From: Terriglobia bacterium | GTDB taxonomy: Bacteria; Acidobacteriota; Terriglobia; 20CM-2-55-15 | Length of the DNA stretch: 64,000 nucleotides | Reading direction: 5' to 3' | Assembly: GCA_963664115.2 (NCBI GenBank) | Contig: CAXWPJ010000012.1 | Coordinates: 96,001 to 160,000 of the forward strand | In this document: positions 1-10,867 of the stretch, piece by piece | Position numbering within the stretch: the stretch's first letter is position 1 | How the letters are laid out: each line of letters begins with the position of its first letter | Made by a program: the position numbers and the translations under genes | Notes under the pieces: model-generated | The model's input: the letters and a program-made list of their open reading frames with translations, nothing else | What the model was told of the DNA's origin: nothing | The model's database searches: none

Positions 1-198
1 GCCCTCATAGCTCATGACCAACGGCATGTCATTCGCGATGAAATCAGCGCCAAGGGCAACCCCGAAAAGGCCCAGGACAAGGACCAGACCCACAACAGCA
101 ACGTTGTTCTTCCGAAACTGGCGAACAACTATCGACCAGTAATCTTCGCGCCGCTCTGACGCGGCGTCCGGACGTTCCAGGTCCCGTGATGATCCCAT
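1..198 (-). CDS. Peptide/nickel ABC transporter permease (OppC/DppC-like), N-terminal part, runs off the window edge
   Basis: Manual translation from ATG at 198: MGSSRDLERPDAASERREDYWSIVVRQFRKNNVAVVGLVLVLGLFGVALGADFIANDMPL, an OppC-type N-terminus; lies directly downstream of the OppB-like gene. Confidence 0.8.
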   Translation of the reverse strand, partial: MGSSRDLERPDAASERREDYWSIVVRQFRKNNVAVVGLVLVLGLFGVALGADFIANDMPLVMSYEG

Positions 199-199
199 G

Positions 200-1207
200 C
201 TAGGCGGATTCCTGCTCATACTTGATTCTGGGGTCGACGATCGTATAGAGAATGTCCGCCATCAGGATTCCCAACAACGTCAGGAACGCGCTGATCGTAA
301 AAACGGCCATAATAACCGGGTAATCCCGCAAAAGAACTGCTTCCCATCCCAACTGACCCATTCCCGGAACCGAAAAAATCGTTTCAATCACTATGCTGCC
401 GCCGATCAATGTTGGTAAGAGGTTGGCCATGAGCGTCACGATAGGTATCAACGAATTCCTGAGGGCATGGCGATAGATGACAAGTCGCTCACTGAGACCT
501 TTAGCCCGGGCCGTCCGAATAAAATCCTGCCGGATGACTTCGAGCATGCTGGAGCGCATATAGCGTGATAAAGCGGCCAGCATGTAATACGTCATACACG
601 TCACCGGCAAAACGAGATGCCACAGTCTGTCGCCGAAGCGCTCCCAGAAGGTCCAGTCGCCAGAGCCTAAGGTCTGAAGGCCGAAGACTGGAAACACATC
701 TAGGAAATCCCCACCACCCAGATAAACAATCGCTAGGGTTGCGATCCAGAAATTCGGCAGAGAATATAACGTGAAGAGAAATACTGTGATCACCTTGTCC
801 GATCGGCTGTACTGATGCGTCGCCGAATAAATACCGATAGGAATCGCTAACAAATACGCCAGAATTAAGGAGAGGCCACCCAGTTGAATGGATACAGGAA
901 CCCTCTCCTTCAGCTTGTCCAGAACCGGTCTTTGATCACGGATCGAATTACCGAAATCGAATGTCAAAATCCGTCCCAGCCAACTCAGGTATTGCTCGTG
1001 AAGCGGCCGATCAAGGCCGTAGAGAGCACGGGTCTCTCGAATGATCTGTTCCGCCAGAGCCTGATCACGGATTCCTTGCGTTGCATCTCCCAACCGCATG
1101 GCTGCCGGATCTCCCGGCGCCAACTGAATGATCAGAAATGAGATCAGGGAAATGCCAATTATCGTAGGCACTAAGAGCAAGATCCGTTTAATGAGGTATG
1201 CGCGCAT
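200..1207 (-). CDS. Peptide ABC transporter permease (OppB/DppB-like)
   Basis: MRAYLIKRILLLVPT start, APGDPA, EAA-like RTARAKGLSERLVIYRHALRNS, C-terminal DPRI; start trimmed to the ATG at 1207. Confidence 0.92.
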   Translation of the reverse strand: MRAYLIKRILLLVPTIIGISLISFLIIQLAPGDPAAMRLGDATQGIRDQALAEQIIRETRALYGLDRPLHEQYLSWLGRILTFDFGNSIRDQRPVLDKLKERVPVSIQLGGLSLILAYLLAIPIGIYSATHQYSRSDKVITVFLFTLYSLPNFWIATLAIVYLGGGDFLDVFPVFGLQTLGSGDWTFWERFGDRLWHLVLPVTCMTYYMLAALSRYMRSSMLEVIRQDFIRTARAKGLSERLVIYRHALRNSLIPIVTLMANLLPTLIGGSIVIETIFSVPGMGQLGWEAVLLRDYPVIMAVFTISAFLTLLGILMADILYTIVDPRIKYEQESA

Positions 1208-1264
1208 GATGGAAGGATGGCCCCGCAAGGATGAGGTTCCCTGTACAGGGCCATACGGGGAAAA

Positions 1265-3019
1265 CTACTGTGGACCAGCCACGTAACGCTGCGACGCGAC
1301 GGGTACGAACCACGTCGTCAAGTCATAGCCCGGGCGCGCCGGCAGCAGCTCCGTATTCTGAAAACGCCTATGGTATGCACCGGCTTCCCGCGGGTACATC
1401 ATGAACGTGTAAGGCTGTTCTTCGTGAAGAATCTCCTGAAACCGCCAATACAACTCTCGCCGCCTTTCCGGATCGAACTCCAGACGTGCCTCTTCGATAA
1501 GCCGATCTGCCTCAGGATTTCTAAAACTCACGAAGTTTGAGCCCCGATTTTCAGCTGAACTTGAGTGCCAAATCTGCCTGGGATCGCTGAGCAGATCCGA
1601 CACCCAATTCATGCTCATTGCATCGAATCGCTTATCCCGCGTACTGTCCGACATGATATTGAACTCGACCCGCCGTTCGGTCATTTCGATGCCGACCTTT
1701 CCTAATTCGTCTCTCAGAATTGGCAAGAGCTGCTCCATATACTGGCTGCCCGTATATCCGAGAAACTCAAAACTGAACTTCACGCCATCCTTGTCCCGAA
1801 TTCCGTCTCCGTCGTGATCCGTCCAGCCGACTTCTTCCAGCAAGGCAACGGCTCTTTCGGGATCATAAGGATAGGGATCGATGTTGGGATTGAAATCAGG
1901 GGCACTTGGATTGAACGAACTCACAGCAACTTCAGCAAGCCCGAATCGCAAGCTATCAACGATTTGTTGGCGCGGTATAAGCATCGTCATCGCCCGGCGA
2001 ACACGCCTGTCAGCAAAAAAAGGTCGCATCGGATTCCAGGCAATGAAATTTATCTGTGGGATCGTATAACTTTCCTTCGCGAACTGGGATTCAAAATCGG
2101 CGCCGCTGGTCTGTTGGACCCACTGAATGGGCGTCATTCGAGGGTAGAAATCCGTATCGCCACTCTTGAGCGAGATTAGCGCCGCCGTACTGTCGGTAAT
2201 GAAACGAAAAACAATCCGTTCCAAATTCGCAGGTTCACCCCAGTAGTCATCATTCCGAACGAGTGTAATCTGCGATCCACTCTCCCAACTCTCGAATCGG
2301 TAGGGCCCCGTACCGATCGGCTGACGGTTGGCCGGGTGGCTGTTGAAAGTCGCGCCGAATTCACGCAAGGTCTCATTATCGCGCGCCGCTGGACTGAGAA
2401 TATCTGGCAATGAAAAAGCGTCCAGGACGCCTTCCGGGTCATAGATGTGTTTGGGCAGAATCGGTAAGCTGGAAAGAATAGAATCGTTCAGCCAAAAAGG
2501 CTGGCTGACTATGAGTCGGACTTCACGGCCCTCGACTTCGACGTTGGCCAAATCGCTGAAGTAGCCTCGCCATGGTGCGGCGTCCACAAATGGAACCATC
2601 ATCGCCTTGGCCGAGAACTCCACGTCGTCTGACGTGAATGACTCTCCATCGTGCCACCGCACACCCTCTCTCAATGTGTAGGTGTAGGTTAAATTATCGT
2701 CTGAAATTTCTGGATAGGATTCTGCCAGCAGCGGCTTCTCCGATCGCCAGGTCTCCGTATCATATCCAAGCAGCCACTCGCCGACGAACGAACCGAGGGA
2801 GCCGTAGAATATCGTCTGGGAAGACTGGCTCGACGAGATCAGCTGATTCATCGTGTCCGCTTCGCTTGAAAGCGACACAATCAGCCAATCACCCTGGACC
2901 GGCTCTTGATCACTGCCATCGGCAAAATTCCCAACAGGTCGATCCCCTCCCCCACATCCAGCCAGGACCAACGGCAAAAGAACCACCAGCAACATTAAAG
3001 TTCTGAAGCGACAAGCCAT
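1265..3019 (-). CDS. Family-5 (oligopeptide-type) ABC substrate-binding lipoprotein
   Basis: Lipobox LAGC, LREGVRWHDGESFTSDDVEFS and PIGTGPYRF family-5 motifs; upstream of two permeases. Confidence 0.92.
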   Translation of the reverse strand: MACRFRTLMLLVVLLPLVLAGCGGGDRPVGNFADGSDQEPVQGDWLIVSLSSEADTMNQLISSSQSSQTIFYGSLGSFVGEWLLGYDTETWRSEKPLLAESYPEISDDNLTYTYTLREGVRWHDGESFTSDDVEFSAKAMMVPFVDAAPWRGYFSDLANVEVEGREVRLIVSQPFWLNDSILSSLPILPKHIYDPEGVLDAFSLPDILSPAARDNETLREFGATFNSHPANRQPIGTGPYRFESWESGSQITLVRNDDYWGEPANLERIVFRFITDSTAALISLKSGDTDFYPRMTPIQWVQQTSGADFESQFAKESYTIPQINFIAWNPMRPFFADRRVRRAMTMLIPRQQIVDSLRFGLAEVAVSSFNPSAPDFNPNIDPYPYDPERAVALLEEVGWTDHDGDGIRDKDGVKFSFEFLGYTGSQYMEQLLPILRDELGKVGIEMTERRVEFNIMSDSTRDKRFDAMSMNWVSDLLSDPRQIWHSSSAENRGSNFVSFRNPEADRLIEEARLEFDPERRRELYWRFQEILHEEQPYTFMMYPREAGAYHRRFQNTELLPARPGYDLTTWFVPVASQRYVAGPQ

Positions 3020-3098
3020 ATCGTTCCCCTCTTGTTTACGGTATTCGAAGCGATCGACGAATTATGTCACGAACTTTACCCGACTGTCCGTGAATAGC

Positions 3099-3866
3099 TC
3101 ATACGATTCCGAGTTTCCTGGCAACGAGGTACAGCCCTTCCAATGTCAGGTTCGGATCCGTCGTCTCGATCCACCGGGACTCTTCCTGAATCAGGTCAGC
3201 CATGCCGCCGGTGGCAATCACGTGCGTGTCCTTTCCAAGTTCATCTTTCATGCGCTCAATGACGCCATCCACCAGTGAAACGTAGCCCCAGAAAAACCCG
3301 CTCTGCAGGCTCGTCACCGTCGATCGACCGATCAGTTCCTTTGGCTTCTTGATGTCGGTTCGTGGCAGACGGGCCGCCTGATCGATCAGTGCAGAAGCGG
3401 AGATCTCGATGCCGGGACTGATCAGCCCTCCCAGATATTCACCCTGGGCCGTGATCGCGTCGAACGTCGTTGCTGTTCCCAGATCCACCACGATCGCCGG
3501 AACGCTGTAGCGATCCAGCACAGCTACGGCGTCAACCATCCGATCGGCACCGACCTCATCAGGATCGTTGTACAGAATCGGAATGCCTGCGTTTTCTGCA
3601 GTCACGAAGGTCGCATTCACGTCGAACGATCGTCTGGACACTTCCTCCAGAATCGGATCGAGAGGCGGCACAACCGAAGCCACGATGACTGAAGTCACCA
3701 CACTGACATCAATTTTTTCGAGTGAGAAAAGGTTTCTGAGAAGCATGACGTACTCATCCACGGTTCGCTGCCGACACGTCGACAGTCGCCAACTGTAGGC
3801 CAGGGCTCCACCATCATAGACGCCGAAAACCGTATTCGTGTTTCCCAGATCAATTGTCAGCAACAT
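3099..3866 (-). CDS. coaX: Type III pantothenate kinase
   Basis: IDLGNTNT, EVGADR, VDLGTATT, ATGG motifs; follows birA. Confidence 0.95.
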   Translation of the reverse strand: MLLTIDLGNTNTVFGVYDGGALAYSWRLSTCRQRTVDEYVMLLRNLFSLEKIDVSVVTSVIVASVVPPLDPILEEVSRRSFDVNATFVTAENAGIPILYNDPDEVGADRMVDAVAVLDRYSVPAIVVDLGTATTFDAITAQGEYLGGLISPGIEISASALIDQAARLPRTDIKKPKELIGRSTVTSLQSGFFWGYVSLVDGVIERMKDELGKDTHVIATGGMADLIQEESRWIETTDPNLTLEGLYLVARKLGIV

Positions 3867-3880
3867 CGGTTCGCTCCTCG

Positions 3881-4888
3881 CTACTCCCAGTGAACCACAT
3901 CACCGCTATAGACTTCTTCGACACGGCCGTCGTCCTGCCGAATCCTGAGCGCGCCCAGGGCGTTCAGTCCCTCGGTGGTTCCCTCAATCTGGCGCACGCC
4001 ATCGTGAACCTTTACCTTTCGCCCGTGTGCGAAACTGGAGAGCTCCGTCCACGGTTCAGTAATCGACACCGGACCCTTCGAAACGAATCTGTCGTAGATT
4101 TTTTCAAACGCCGTCAGGAAATCGACCAGGATCTCGATCCGCGAGTGTGGACGCCCGGACTCCAGTCGCAATGAACTCCCGATTTCTCGTAATTCCTCAG
4201 GCATTTCGCTATGGTTCACGTTGATCCCGACGCCCACCACCATCGATCGCACCTGATCCAACTCCGCATGCATCTCAGAAAGTATGCCGCAGACTTTCTT
4301 TCTTCCAACCAGAAGGTCGTTTGGCCACTTGATATCGACTTGAAGTCCTGTCGTTCGCTCAATCGAATCGTGAGCGGCCAGAGCTGCCCCGAGCGTCAGA
4401 AGGGGGGCGAGATTAGCCGACACATCCGGCTTGAGAACGATGCTTACATAGAGTCCAACGAATGAATCCGAAAACCAGTGTCTTCCCCTGCGGCCGCGGC
4501 CGGAAGTCTGCCGCTCGGCAACAACCGTCGTACCATGCCCCACGGAGTCGTCTGAACTCAACAAACCGCCTGCAAAAGCGTTGGTTGAATCGACTTCCCA
4601 GAGATGGAACAGATTCCGTCCCATCGTTTTCGTGTGAAGACGCTCAATGACCAACTCTGGAATCAGAACGTCAGGAAGACGTGTCAAACGAAACCCGGAA
4701 AACGGTTCACCCAGGATTTCCACGCCCTCTCCGCGCAGTTTGTTGATCAGTCGCGCGACGCGCGAATGCGAAATCCCGAGATCCTGGGCAAGCTTCTCCC
4801 CGGAAACCGGAACGGTCATGTTTCCAATCATTGAATAGAGGATTGAATCCAGATGTCGGTCTCTCTCAGTCGCGTGACCCGGCATCAA
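3881..4888 (-). CDS. birA: Bifunctional biotin-protein ligase/repressor
   Basis: N-terminal wHTH (SGEKLAQDLGIS), DSTN, QTSGRGRRGR, KWPND, KVCGIL. Confidence 0.95.
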   Translation of the reverse strand: MMPGHATERDRHLDSILYSMIGNMTVPVSGEKLAQDLGISHSRVARLINKLRGEGVEILGEPFSGFRLTRLPDVLIPELVIERLHTKTMGRNLFHLWEVDSTNAFAGGLLSSDDSVGHGTTVVAERQTSGRGRRGRHWFSDSFVGLYVSIVLKPDVSANLAPLLTLGAALAAHDSIERTTGLQVDIKWPNDLLVGRKKVCGILSEMHAELDQVRSMVVGVGINVNHSEMPEELREIGSSLRLESGRPHSRIEILVDFLTAFEKIYDRFVSKGPVSITEPWTELSSFAHGRKVKVHDGVRQIEGTTEGLNALGALRIRQDDGRVEEVYSGDVVHWE

Positions 4889-5730
4889 CCCATTTTCACC
4901 CGAAGGTGAATGTCAGCAGCAACAACCGAATGCGTCAGTGCGCCGACGGAAATGAAATCGACGCCGGCCTCGGCAAAGCCCCGGATATTGCTAAGGGTGA
5001 TGCCGCCTGAAGACTCCAGGGGAATCCGGCCGGCCACGATCTCAACTGCCTCCCGTGTCTGTTCGGCAGTGAAATTATCCAGAAGGATCATGTCCGCCAC
5101 ACCCTCGATCGCCTCCTGGAGCTCTCCCAGATTCTGGACCTCAACCTCGATCTTCATCGAGCTATTCGCCCACTCACGCGCCACTTGGACGGCCGAGATG
5201 ACACTGGATTGAAAGATGAGATGGTTGTTCTTGATCAATACAGCATCGAAGAGTCCGACACGATGATTGACACCTCCGCCACAGGCCACGGCGTACTTGT
5301 CCAGTATACGTAGCCCCGGAACAGTTTTTCGGGTATCCAGAATTTGAGCCCGCGCCCCGCCGATCGCGGATACGTATTCGCGGGTCCCGGTCGCAATTCC
5401 CGATAGTCGCTGCAGGAAATTCAGTGACGTCCGCTCTGCGGCGAGTATGGAACGGGCGCTTCCCCGGAGCGAAGCCAGAACCGTGCCTTTCTCAACGTCG
5501 GCACCATCATTTGAAACGCTTTGGAACTCGACGTCGGAATCGCAGATTCGCACAACTTCTTCGACTACTGATAGCCCACAAACACGGAGGGACTCCTTAG
5601 CGACATACTCTGCGAAGGCCTGCGCCGCTCCCCCCACGACGGCCAGGGACGTCACATCTCCGGTCCCCAGATCCTCTTCGATAGCAGCTAGAAAACAGGA
5701 CTCTAACGGTGTGAGATCGATAGGCGTCAT
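4885..5730 (-). CDS. nadC: Quinolinate phosphoribosyltransferase
   Basis: GDVTS, DTRKTVPGLR, NHRVGLFD, EVEV, LLDN, SGGI, ISVGALTHS. Confidence 0.96.
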   Translation of the reverse strand: MTPIDLTPLESCFLAAIEEDLGTGDVTSLAVVGGAAQAFAEYVAKESLRVCGLSVVEEVVRICDSDVEFQSVSNDGADVEKGTVLASLRGSARSILAAERTSLNFLQRLSGIATGTREYVSAIGGARAQILDTRKTVPGLRILDKYAVACGGGVNHRVGLFDAVLIKNNHLIFQSSVISAVQVAREWANSSMKIEVEVQNLGELQEAIEGVADMILLDNFTAEQTREAVEIVAGRIPLESSGGITLSNIRGFAEAGVDFISVGALTHSVVAADIHLRVKMG

Positions 5731-5740
5731 CGTGGTAGCT

Positions 5741-8365
5741 TCATCGCAAACGGGCTATCCCCTCAGCCAGACGGACTGCTTTCCCCTGATAGTCCGCCAG
5801 GCGCTGATGATTCTCTTCGACAACTTCCCTGGGAGCTCTCTCGACGAATTTCTTGTTGGAGAGCTTGCCTTCCAGAGCGCTGATTTCACGCCGGACCTTT
5901 TCCATTTCGCGGCCTAATCGGGCTTGTTCAGCTTCCAGATCAATGACACCGGCAAGGGGCACTTCCAGTGCAACGTCTCCTGCGACGGCCTGCGCGGCCG
6001 CTCGTTCCCCCGTCAGCTTTCCGACGACTTCCAGCGATTCCACTCGCGCAAGACGCTTAATGTATGCTTCCTGGCGCATCAGCATCGCCTGAATGCCGGG
6101 ATCTTCGGTACCCACGCGGAGAGGAACAAACTGTTTCGCCTCAACATTGACCTCGGCGCGTATGTTTCGAACCTTGACGATAATTTCCTGAATCAGCCCT
6201 GCGTCCCTTTCGACCGCCTCGTCCACGAAATCGGCTCGCAGTTTTGGATACGGCGCGATAACAATCGATGCTCCATTGTGCGGTATCCGTTGCCAGAGTT
6301 CTTCAGTTATGAACGGCATGAACGGATGCAAGGTCCGGAGTGTTTTTTCAAAGACATGCAACAGGACGGGTCTGGACTGCTCGGGGTGGAGCTTGACCAT
6401 CTCCAGATACCAATCACAGAACTCGTGCCAAAAAAACTGATAGATGCTGTGTGCCCCCTCGTGCAGAAAATAGCGATCCAGCGCCCGGTTGACATCGTCC
6501 ACGGCCCGCGTCTGACGGGAGAGGATCCAACGATCCGCAAGTGAAAGGTCGTCGAGCTGTATCTCATCCTCGGTAACAGGCCGGTCGGACTCAGCCTCGG
6601 ACCGGAGAATAAACCGGGCCGCGTTCCAGATCTTCGTTGCAAAGGCACGGTAACCGTCCAACTGGTCTTCGGACAGAACAAAGTCCGCGCCGGGTGCCCC
6701 GAGACGCGCCAGTGTGAAACGCACGGCATCGGTGCCGTACTCATCGCAAACCAACATCGGATCTCCGGCGTTGCCCTTTGATTTTGAAAGCTTTTTCCTC
6801 TCGATGTCGCGGACGAGTCCCGTGATGTAGACCTCTTTAAACGGAACGTCTCCTGCAAACTTGAGACCGGCCATGATCATCCGGGCAACCCAGAAAAAGA
6901 TGATGTCGAAGCCCGTTACAAGCAAACTCGTCGGATAAAAGGCTGTCAGGTCGTCGGTTTCCCCGGGCCAGCCCATGGTTGAAAACGGCCAGAGCTGTGA
7001 GCTGAACCATGTATCAAGGACGTCCTCGTCCTGAGTAATTTCTTCGCTGCCGCACTTCGGGCACACCGTGGGATCACTCCGCGAAACTATGATCTCGCCG
7101 CACGGGCAGTACCAGGCGGGAATTCTATGCCCCCACCAGAGCTGCCGGGAGATACACCAATCCCGTATGTTGTACATCCACTCGAAATAGGTCTTGGCCC
7201 AGTTCGCCGGAACAAACCGGATGTCTCCGTCCTCCACGGCCCGGATCGCTTCTTTGGCCAAAGGCTTGACATCGACAAACCACTGGGTCGAGAGCAAGGG
7301 CTCAACAATCGCCCGACAGCGCGAGCAATGCCCGACATTGTGGACGTGCGCCTCGACCCGGGTCAGGAAGCCCTGTGCTTCCAAATCGGACAGTATTTGC
7401 TTTCGAGCTTCAAAGCGATCCAGACCGCTATAGGCACCGCCCTCCGGTGTGATCCTGCCGTCCTCGTCAATCACTCCAATCCGTTTCAAGCCGTGCCGCT
7501 CTCCCATATCAAAGTCGGCCGGGTCATGCGCCGGCGTGACCTTCACAACTCCGGTACCGAATTCACGGTCCACGACACGATCTTGAATGAACGGTAGTTT
7601 GCGCCCGACCAATGGCAGGACGCCGCTCGAGTCTTTGAGGTGCACGTATCGCTCGTCCTCCGGATGCACGGCGATCGCGGTGTCGCCCAACATTGTTTCA
7701 GGACGCGTCGTCGCCACCTCGACGAACTCATCCGCACTGCCTGCTATCGAATAGCGAATGTGGTAGAGCTTCCCCTCAAGCGATTCGTATTCAACTTCCA
7801 GGTCCGACAATGCCGTACGGCATCGGGGACACCAGTTGATCAATCGTTCACCACGGTAAATCAGTCGCTCCTCGAAGAGGCGCACAAACACCTCGCGGAC
7901 AGCCCCGGAAAGGCTCTCGTCAAGAGTGAAGCGCTGCCGGGACCAGTCACAGGAATCGCCGATGCGGCGAATCTGCTGTGTAATGAGATCGCCGTACTCC
8001 CGCTTCCATTCCCAGACTCGCTCGATGAACTTCTCCCGGCCCAGATCGTGACGGGTGAGTCCCTCCTGACGAAGCTGCCGTTCCACCACGTTCTGGGTTG
8101 CTATTCCGGCATGATCGGTCCCGGGCAACCACAAGGTGTTAAAACCCTGCATGCGTTTGCGACGAATGATGACGTCGTGAACCGTGTGGTTGAGCATGTG
8201 CCCCATGTGAAGAGAGCCGGTCACGTTAGGTGGAGGCATTACGATGACGAACGGGGGATCGGTCGAATCGGCGTCGGCCCGGAAATACCCCTGGGTCTCC
8301 CAGAAGTCGTACCAACCCGATTCCACTTCGCTCGAGTTATATATCTTCGAGATATCAGTCTTCAT
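5741..8365 (-). CDS. valS: Valyl-tRNA synthetase
   Basis: [40 protein letters not shown] (KMSKS-like), C-terminal coiled coil. Confidence 0.98.
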   Translation of the reverse strand: MKTDISKIYNSSEVESGWYDFWETQGYFRADADSTDPPFVIVMPPPNVTGSLHMGHMLNHTVHDVIIRRKRMQGFNTLWLPGTDHAGIATQNVVERQLRQEGLTRHDLGREKFIERVWEWKREYGDLITQQIRRIGDSCDWSRQRFTLDESLSGAVREVFVRLFEERLIYRGERLINWCPRCRTALSDLEVEYESLEGKLYHIRYSIAGSADEFVEVATTRPETMLGDTAIAVHPEDERYVHLKDSSGVLPLVGRKLPFIQDRVVDREFGTGVVKVTPAHDPADFDMGERHGLKRIGVIDEDGRITPEGGAYSGLDRFEARKQILSDLEAQGFLTRVEAHVHNVGHCSRCRAIVEPLLSTQWFVDVKPLAKEAIRAVEDGDIRFVPANWAKTYFEWMYNIRDWCISRQLWWGHRIPAWYCPCGEIIVSRSDPTVCPKCGSEEITQDEDVLDTWFSSQLWPFSTMGWPGETDDLTAFYPTSLLVTGFDIIFFWVARMIMAGLKFAGDVPFKEVYITGLVRDIERKKLSKSKGNAGDPMLVCDEYGTDAVRFTLARLGAPGADFVLSEDQLDGYRAFATKIWNAARFILRSEAESDRPVTEDEIQLDDLSLADRWILSRQTRAVDDVNRALDRYFLHEGAHSIYQFFWHEFCDWYLEMVKLHPEQSRPVLLHVFEKTLRTLHPFMPFITEELWQRIPHNGASIVIAPYPKLRADFVDEAVERDAGLIQEIIVKVRNIRAEVNVEAKQFVPLRVGTEDPGIQAMLMRQEAYIKRLARVESLEVVGKLTGERAAAQAVAGDVALEVPLAGVIDLEAEQARLGREMEKVRREISALEGKLSNKKFVERAPREVVEENHQRLADYQGKAVRLAEGIARLR

Positions 8366-8960
8366 TACGCTTCTTCAACTCATCGTTCACGGCCCGATCC
8401 GCGATCTCCGGAACGACTTCCCAAGCGATGCCTTCGATGACCTCGACGGAAAGCCGCTGAATCACCCGATCGGCGATCGCGTCGATCTCTTCCCCCGAAA
8501 GGTTCCCGCGCCCCCCGTCCGGGTCAAGCTCGGGAAACAAATCTCGCAAACCCAGGATGTCCTCATCAGACTCCTCGATATGAACGCCACCCGCGTCGGC
8601 GATCATCCCGAAAACCATCTCCAGAAGCTCCTGAGGCTCAAAGGGTTTATTGATCCGACCGTCAGCGCTGACACGTTCGGCTTCTGCCGCATCAAACTCT
8701 TCGAAGGCTCCGACGAGCAGGACCACCGGTGTCTTACCCAGCACCGGATGCTCCTTGACGAACGAACACACCTCATAACCGTTCTTACCGGGCATATAGA
8801 TGTCGGCAAGCACTATGGAAGGGCGGACTTCCTCGAACTTACGTACAGCGGCTTCTCCATTGCTGACCGACACCACCGTGTAGTCCCCACCGTCAAAGGT
8901 CTGGGCCACCAGCCGTTGGATGGTCGTGCTGTCGTCAGCGAGCAGAATCGTTTGTGTCAT
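8355..8960 (-). CDS. Receiver-domain protein with RomR-like C-terminal helix
   Basis: ILLADDS...LADIYMP...KPF receiver domain; C-terminal [24 protein letters not shown] resembles the conserved RomR C-terminus. Confidence 0.8.
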   Translation of the reverse strand: MTQTILLADDSTTIQRLVAQTFDGGDYTVVSVSNGEAAVRKFEEVRPSIVLADIYMPGKNGYEVCSFVKEHPVLGKTPVVLLVGAFEEFDAAEAERVSADGRINKPFEPQELLEMVFGMIADAGGVHIEESDEDILGLRDLFPELDPDGGRGNLSGEEIDAIADRVIQRLSVEVIEGIAWEVVPEIADRAVNDELKKRNED

Positions 8961-9065
8961 GGTGTGAGGGAGTGGTCAGTTACGAGTTGATAGGTAATAG
9001 ATCGGGCGTTCGGTCAGTGTTTTAACTATCAACTTTGCCGGCCCGGCCGGCACTGGCATAAATAT

Positions 9066-9091
9066 GGGCGGCCAGAAGGCCGCCCGTTTTT
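9066..9091. terminator. GC-rich hairpin, possible bidirectional terminator
   Basis: GGGCGGCC-AGAA-GGCCGCCC followed by GTTTTT on + and ATATTT on -; just downstream of bamD. Confidence 0.5.
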
Positions 9092-9135
9092 ATCCGCTTT
9101 CTCGTTCCCCCGCAGGTCAATCCCACGGTCGTTTC

Positions 9136-10149
9136 CTATTGTTCCTCTAACGGTTCGTCCGGGCCTACAATGGCGCCTTCTACCTCAAAAACACCTTCTG
9201 CCCCTCCGGCCCCACCCTCTTCACCCGGAATGATGGAGGCCGCGGTCGTTTCCGTAGAAATGTCGGGACGCCGACTCCAGATTCCGAACACGCGAGCCAG
9301 CAATCCTTTACCGTCAGGCTCGGGAGTGGATTCCGCTCGTGCAAGAGCGACAGGGTTCACCGTGGGTATGACCTGGTCCAATTCACCCAAACGTTCCGTA
9401 GCAAGTTCGACAAATTCCGAGAGTGGGTGGTCCCGGATAACGCGGGTGTAGTAAAGAATCGATTCTCCTTCGTCCTCGCTACTGCGCAGCACTTCGGCAA
9501 GCCGGTACAGGGCCTCCGGCATCGCGGTAAAATCCGGGTACTTTTCGAGAATTTCGAGGTAACGGTCGGTGGCGGCAGGATAAGACTCGACCGTCGAATA
9601 GTAATTCGCTATCTGCAAAACGCCGTCAGCCAGCACTTCCTGCACGGCTCGAAGTTTTTCCTTAGCTTCGTCCAACAGCGGGCTATCCGGATAGGTGGAT
9701 ACGAAGTTCTGCAACTCAAGCTCCGCCATCTGAGCCTGGGTCGGATCCCGGTCGGACTTTTCCATCTGCCGGACGTGTGCCATTGCAACCATGAGCTGGG
9801 CGTCATCGGCTAAGTCGCTTGTCGGGAAAAAAGTGATGTAATCCTTGAACTCAGCCTCGGCTTGGATCAAGTCCGCGCGAGTCCCCAGTAGATAAAAGGA
9901 TTCTGCTACCGCGTATTTAGCCTGTGGCAAGAACTCGCTGTCCGGATAGGTATTGATGAGCGTATTCAACTCGAGCCGTGCACGGACATAACGACTCTCA
10001 TCCAAGTCGAACAACGCTCGGTTAAACAGCGTCCGGTCCGGTTCATCGAGGTCCCCACCGATATCGATGTCATCCGGATACCCGCCACATCCTGCTGTAA
10101 GGAACAGAACGGCGACTACAAACCAAAGCTGATGTAACTTCCGTGTCAT
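9136..10149 (-). CDS. bamD: Outer membrane protein assembly factor BamD
   Basis: Lipobox TAGC, TPR helices, LINTYPDS, DRDPTQA, YPDSPL. Confidence 0.9.
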   Translation of the reverse strand: MTRKLHQLWFVVAVLFLTAGCGGYPDDIDIGGDLDEPDRTLFNRALFDLDESRYVRARLELNTLINTYPDSEFLPQAKYAVAESFYLLGTRADLIQAEAEFKDYITFFPTSDLADDAQLMVAMAHVRQMEKSDRDPTQAQMAELELQNFVSTYPDSPLLDEAKEKLRAVQEVLADGVLQIANYYSTVESYPAATDRYLEILEKYPDFTAMPEALYRLAEVLRSSEDEGESILYYTRVIRDHPLSEFVELATERLGELDQVIPTVNPVALARAESTPEPDGKGLLARVFGIWSRRPDISTETTAASIIPGEEGGAGGAEGVFEVEGAIVGPDEPLEEQ

Positions 10150-10183
10150 TCAGCGACCCTTAAAATCGAGGAAAACCCTTAGA

Positions 10184-10867
10184 TCATGCGTACTTAGAAT
10201 CATAACCGAGCACGGAGGCCTTTTCCAACATTTCCTGCACCACAGCACCCGGGTCGGAGGCATTGAAAATGGCTGTACCCGCAACGATAACCCCGGCACC
10301 GGCCCCCAGGACATCACCCATGTTGGCGAGGTCTATACCCCCGTCAACCTCGATAACGCAAGCCACCCCGACTTGATCGATCATCTCGCGAAGTCGTCTG
10401 ATTTTTTCAATCGTGTATGGAATAAACTTCTGACCGCCGAAACCCGGATTCACCGTCATCACCAGAATCATATCCACAAGATCCATCACGTGCTCGATCT
10501 CGGTAATCGATGTCGCCGGATTGAGCGCAACACCGACCCTGGCCCCGAACGAGCGGATCAGAGCGACGGTTCGGTCCAGGTGCCGCAGTGCCTCAACATG
10601 GACCGTAATACTGTTGGCGCCTGCCTCGGCAAACGCCGGTATGAAGCGGTCCGCCTCCGAGATCATCAGATGCACATCGAGAGGAAGTTGGGTTGCATCC
10701 CGAATCGACCGGACTACCGGAGGACCAATGGTGATATTGGGAACAAAGTGCCCATCCATGACGTCAACGTGAATCATGTGGGCACCGCCTGCCTCAACGC
10801 TGCGAATCTCATCGCCCAGGCGAGTGAAATCTGCCGAGAGTATCGACGGAGCGATTTGTACGGTCAC
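10184..10867 (-). CDS. rpe: Ribulose-phosphate 3-epimerase
   Basis: IAPSILSADF, HVDVMDGHFVPN, MTVNPGFGGQ, EVDGG. Confidence 0.98.
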   Translation of the reverse strand: MTVQIAPSILSADFTRLGDEIRSVEAGGAHMIHVDVMDGHFVPNITIGPPVVRSIRDATQLPLDVHLMISEADRFIPAFAEAGANSITVHVEALRHLDRTVALIRSFGARVGVALNPATSITEIEHVMDLVDMILVMTVNPGFGGQKFIPYTIEKIRRLREMIDQVGVACVIEVDGGIDLANMGDVLGAGAGVIVAGTAIFNASDPGAVVQEMLEKASVLGYDSKYA

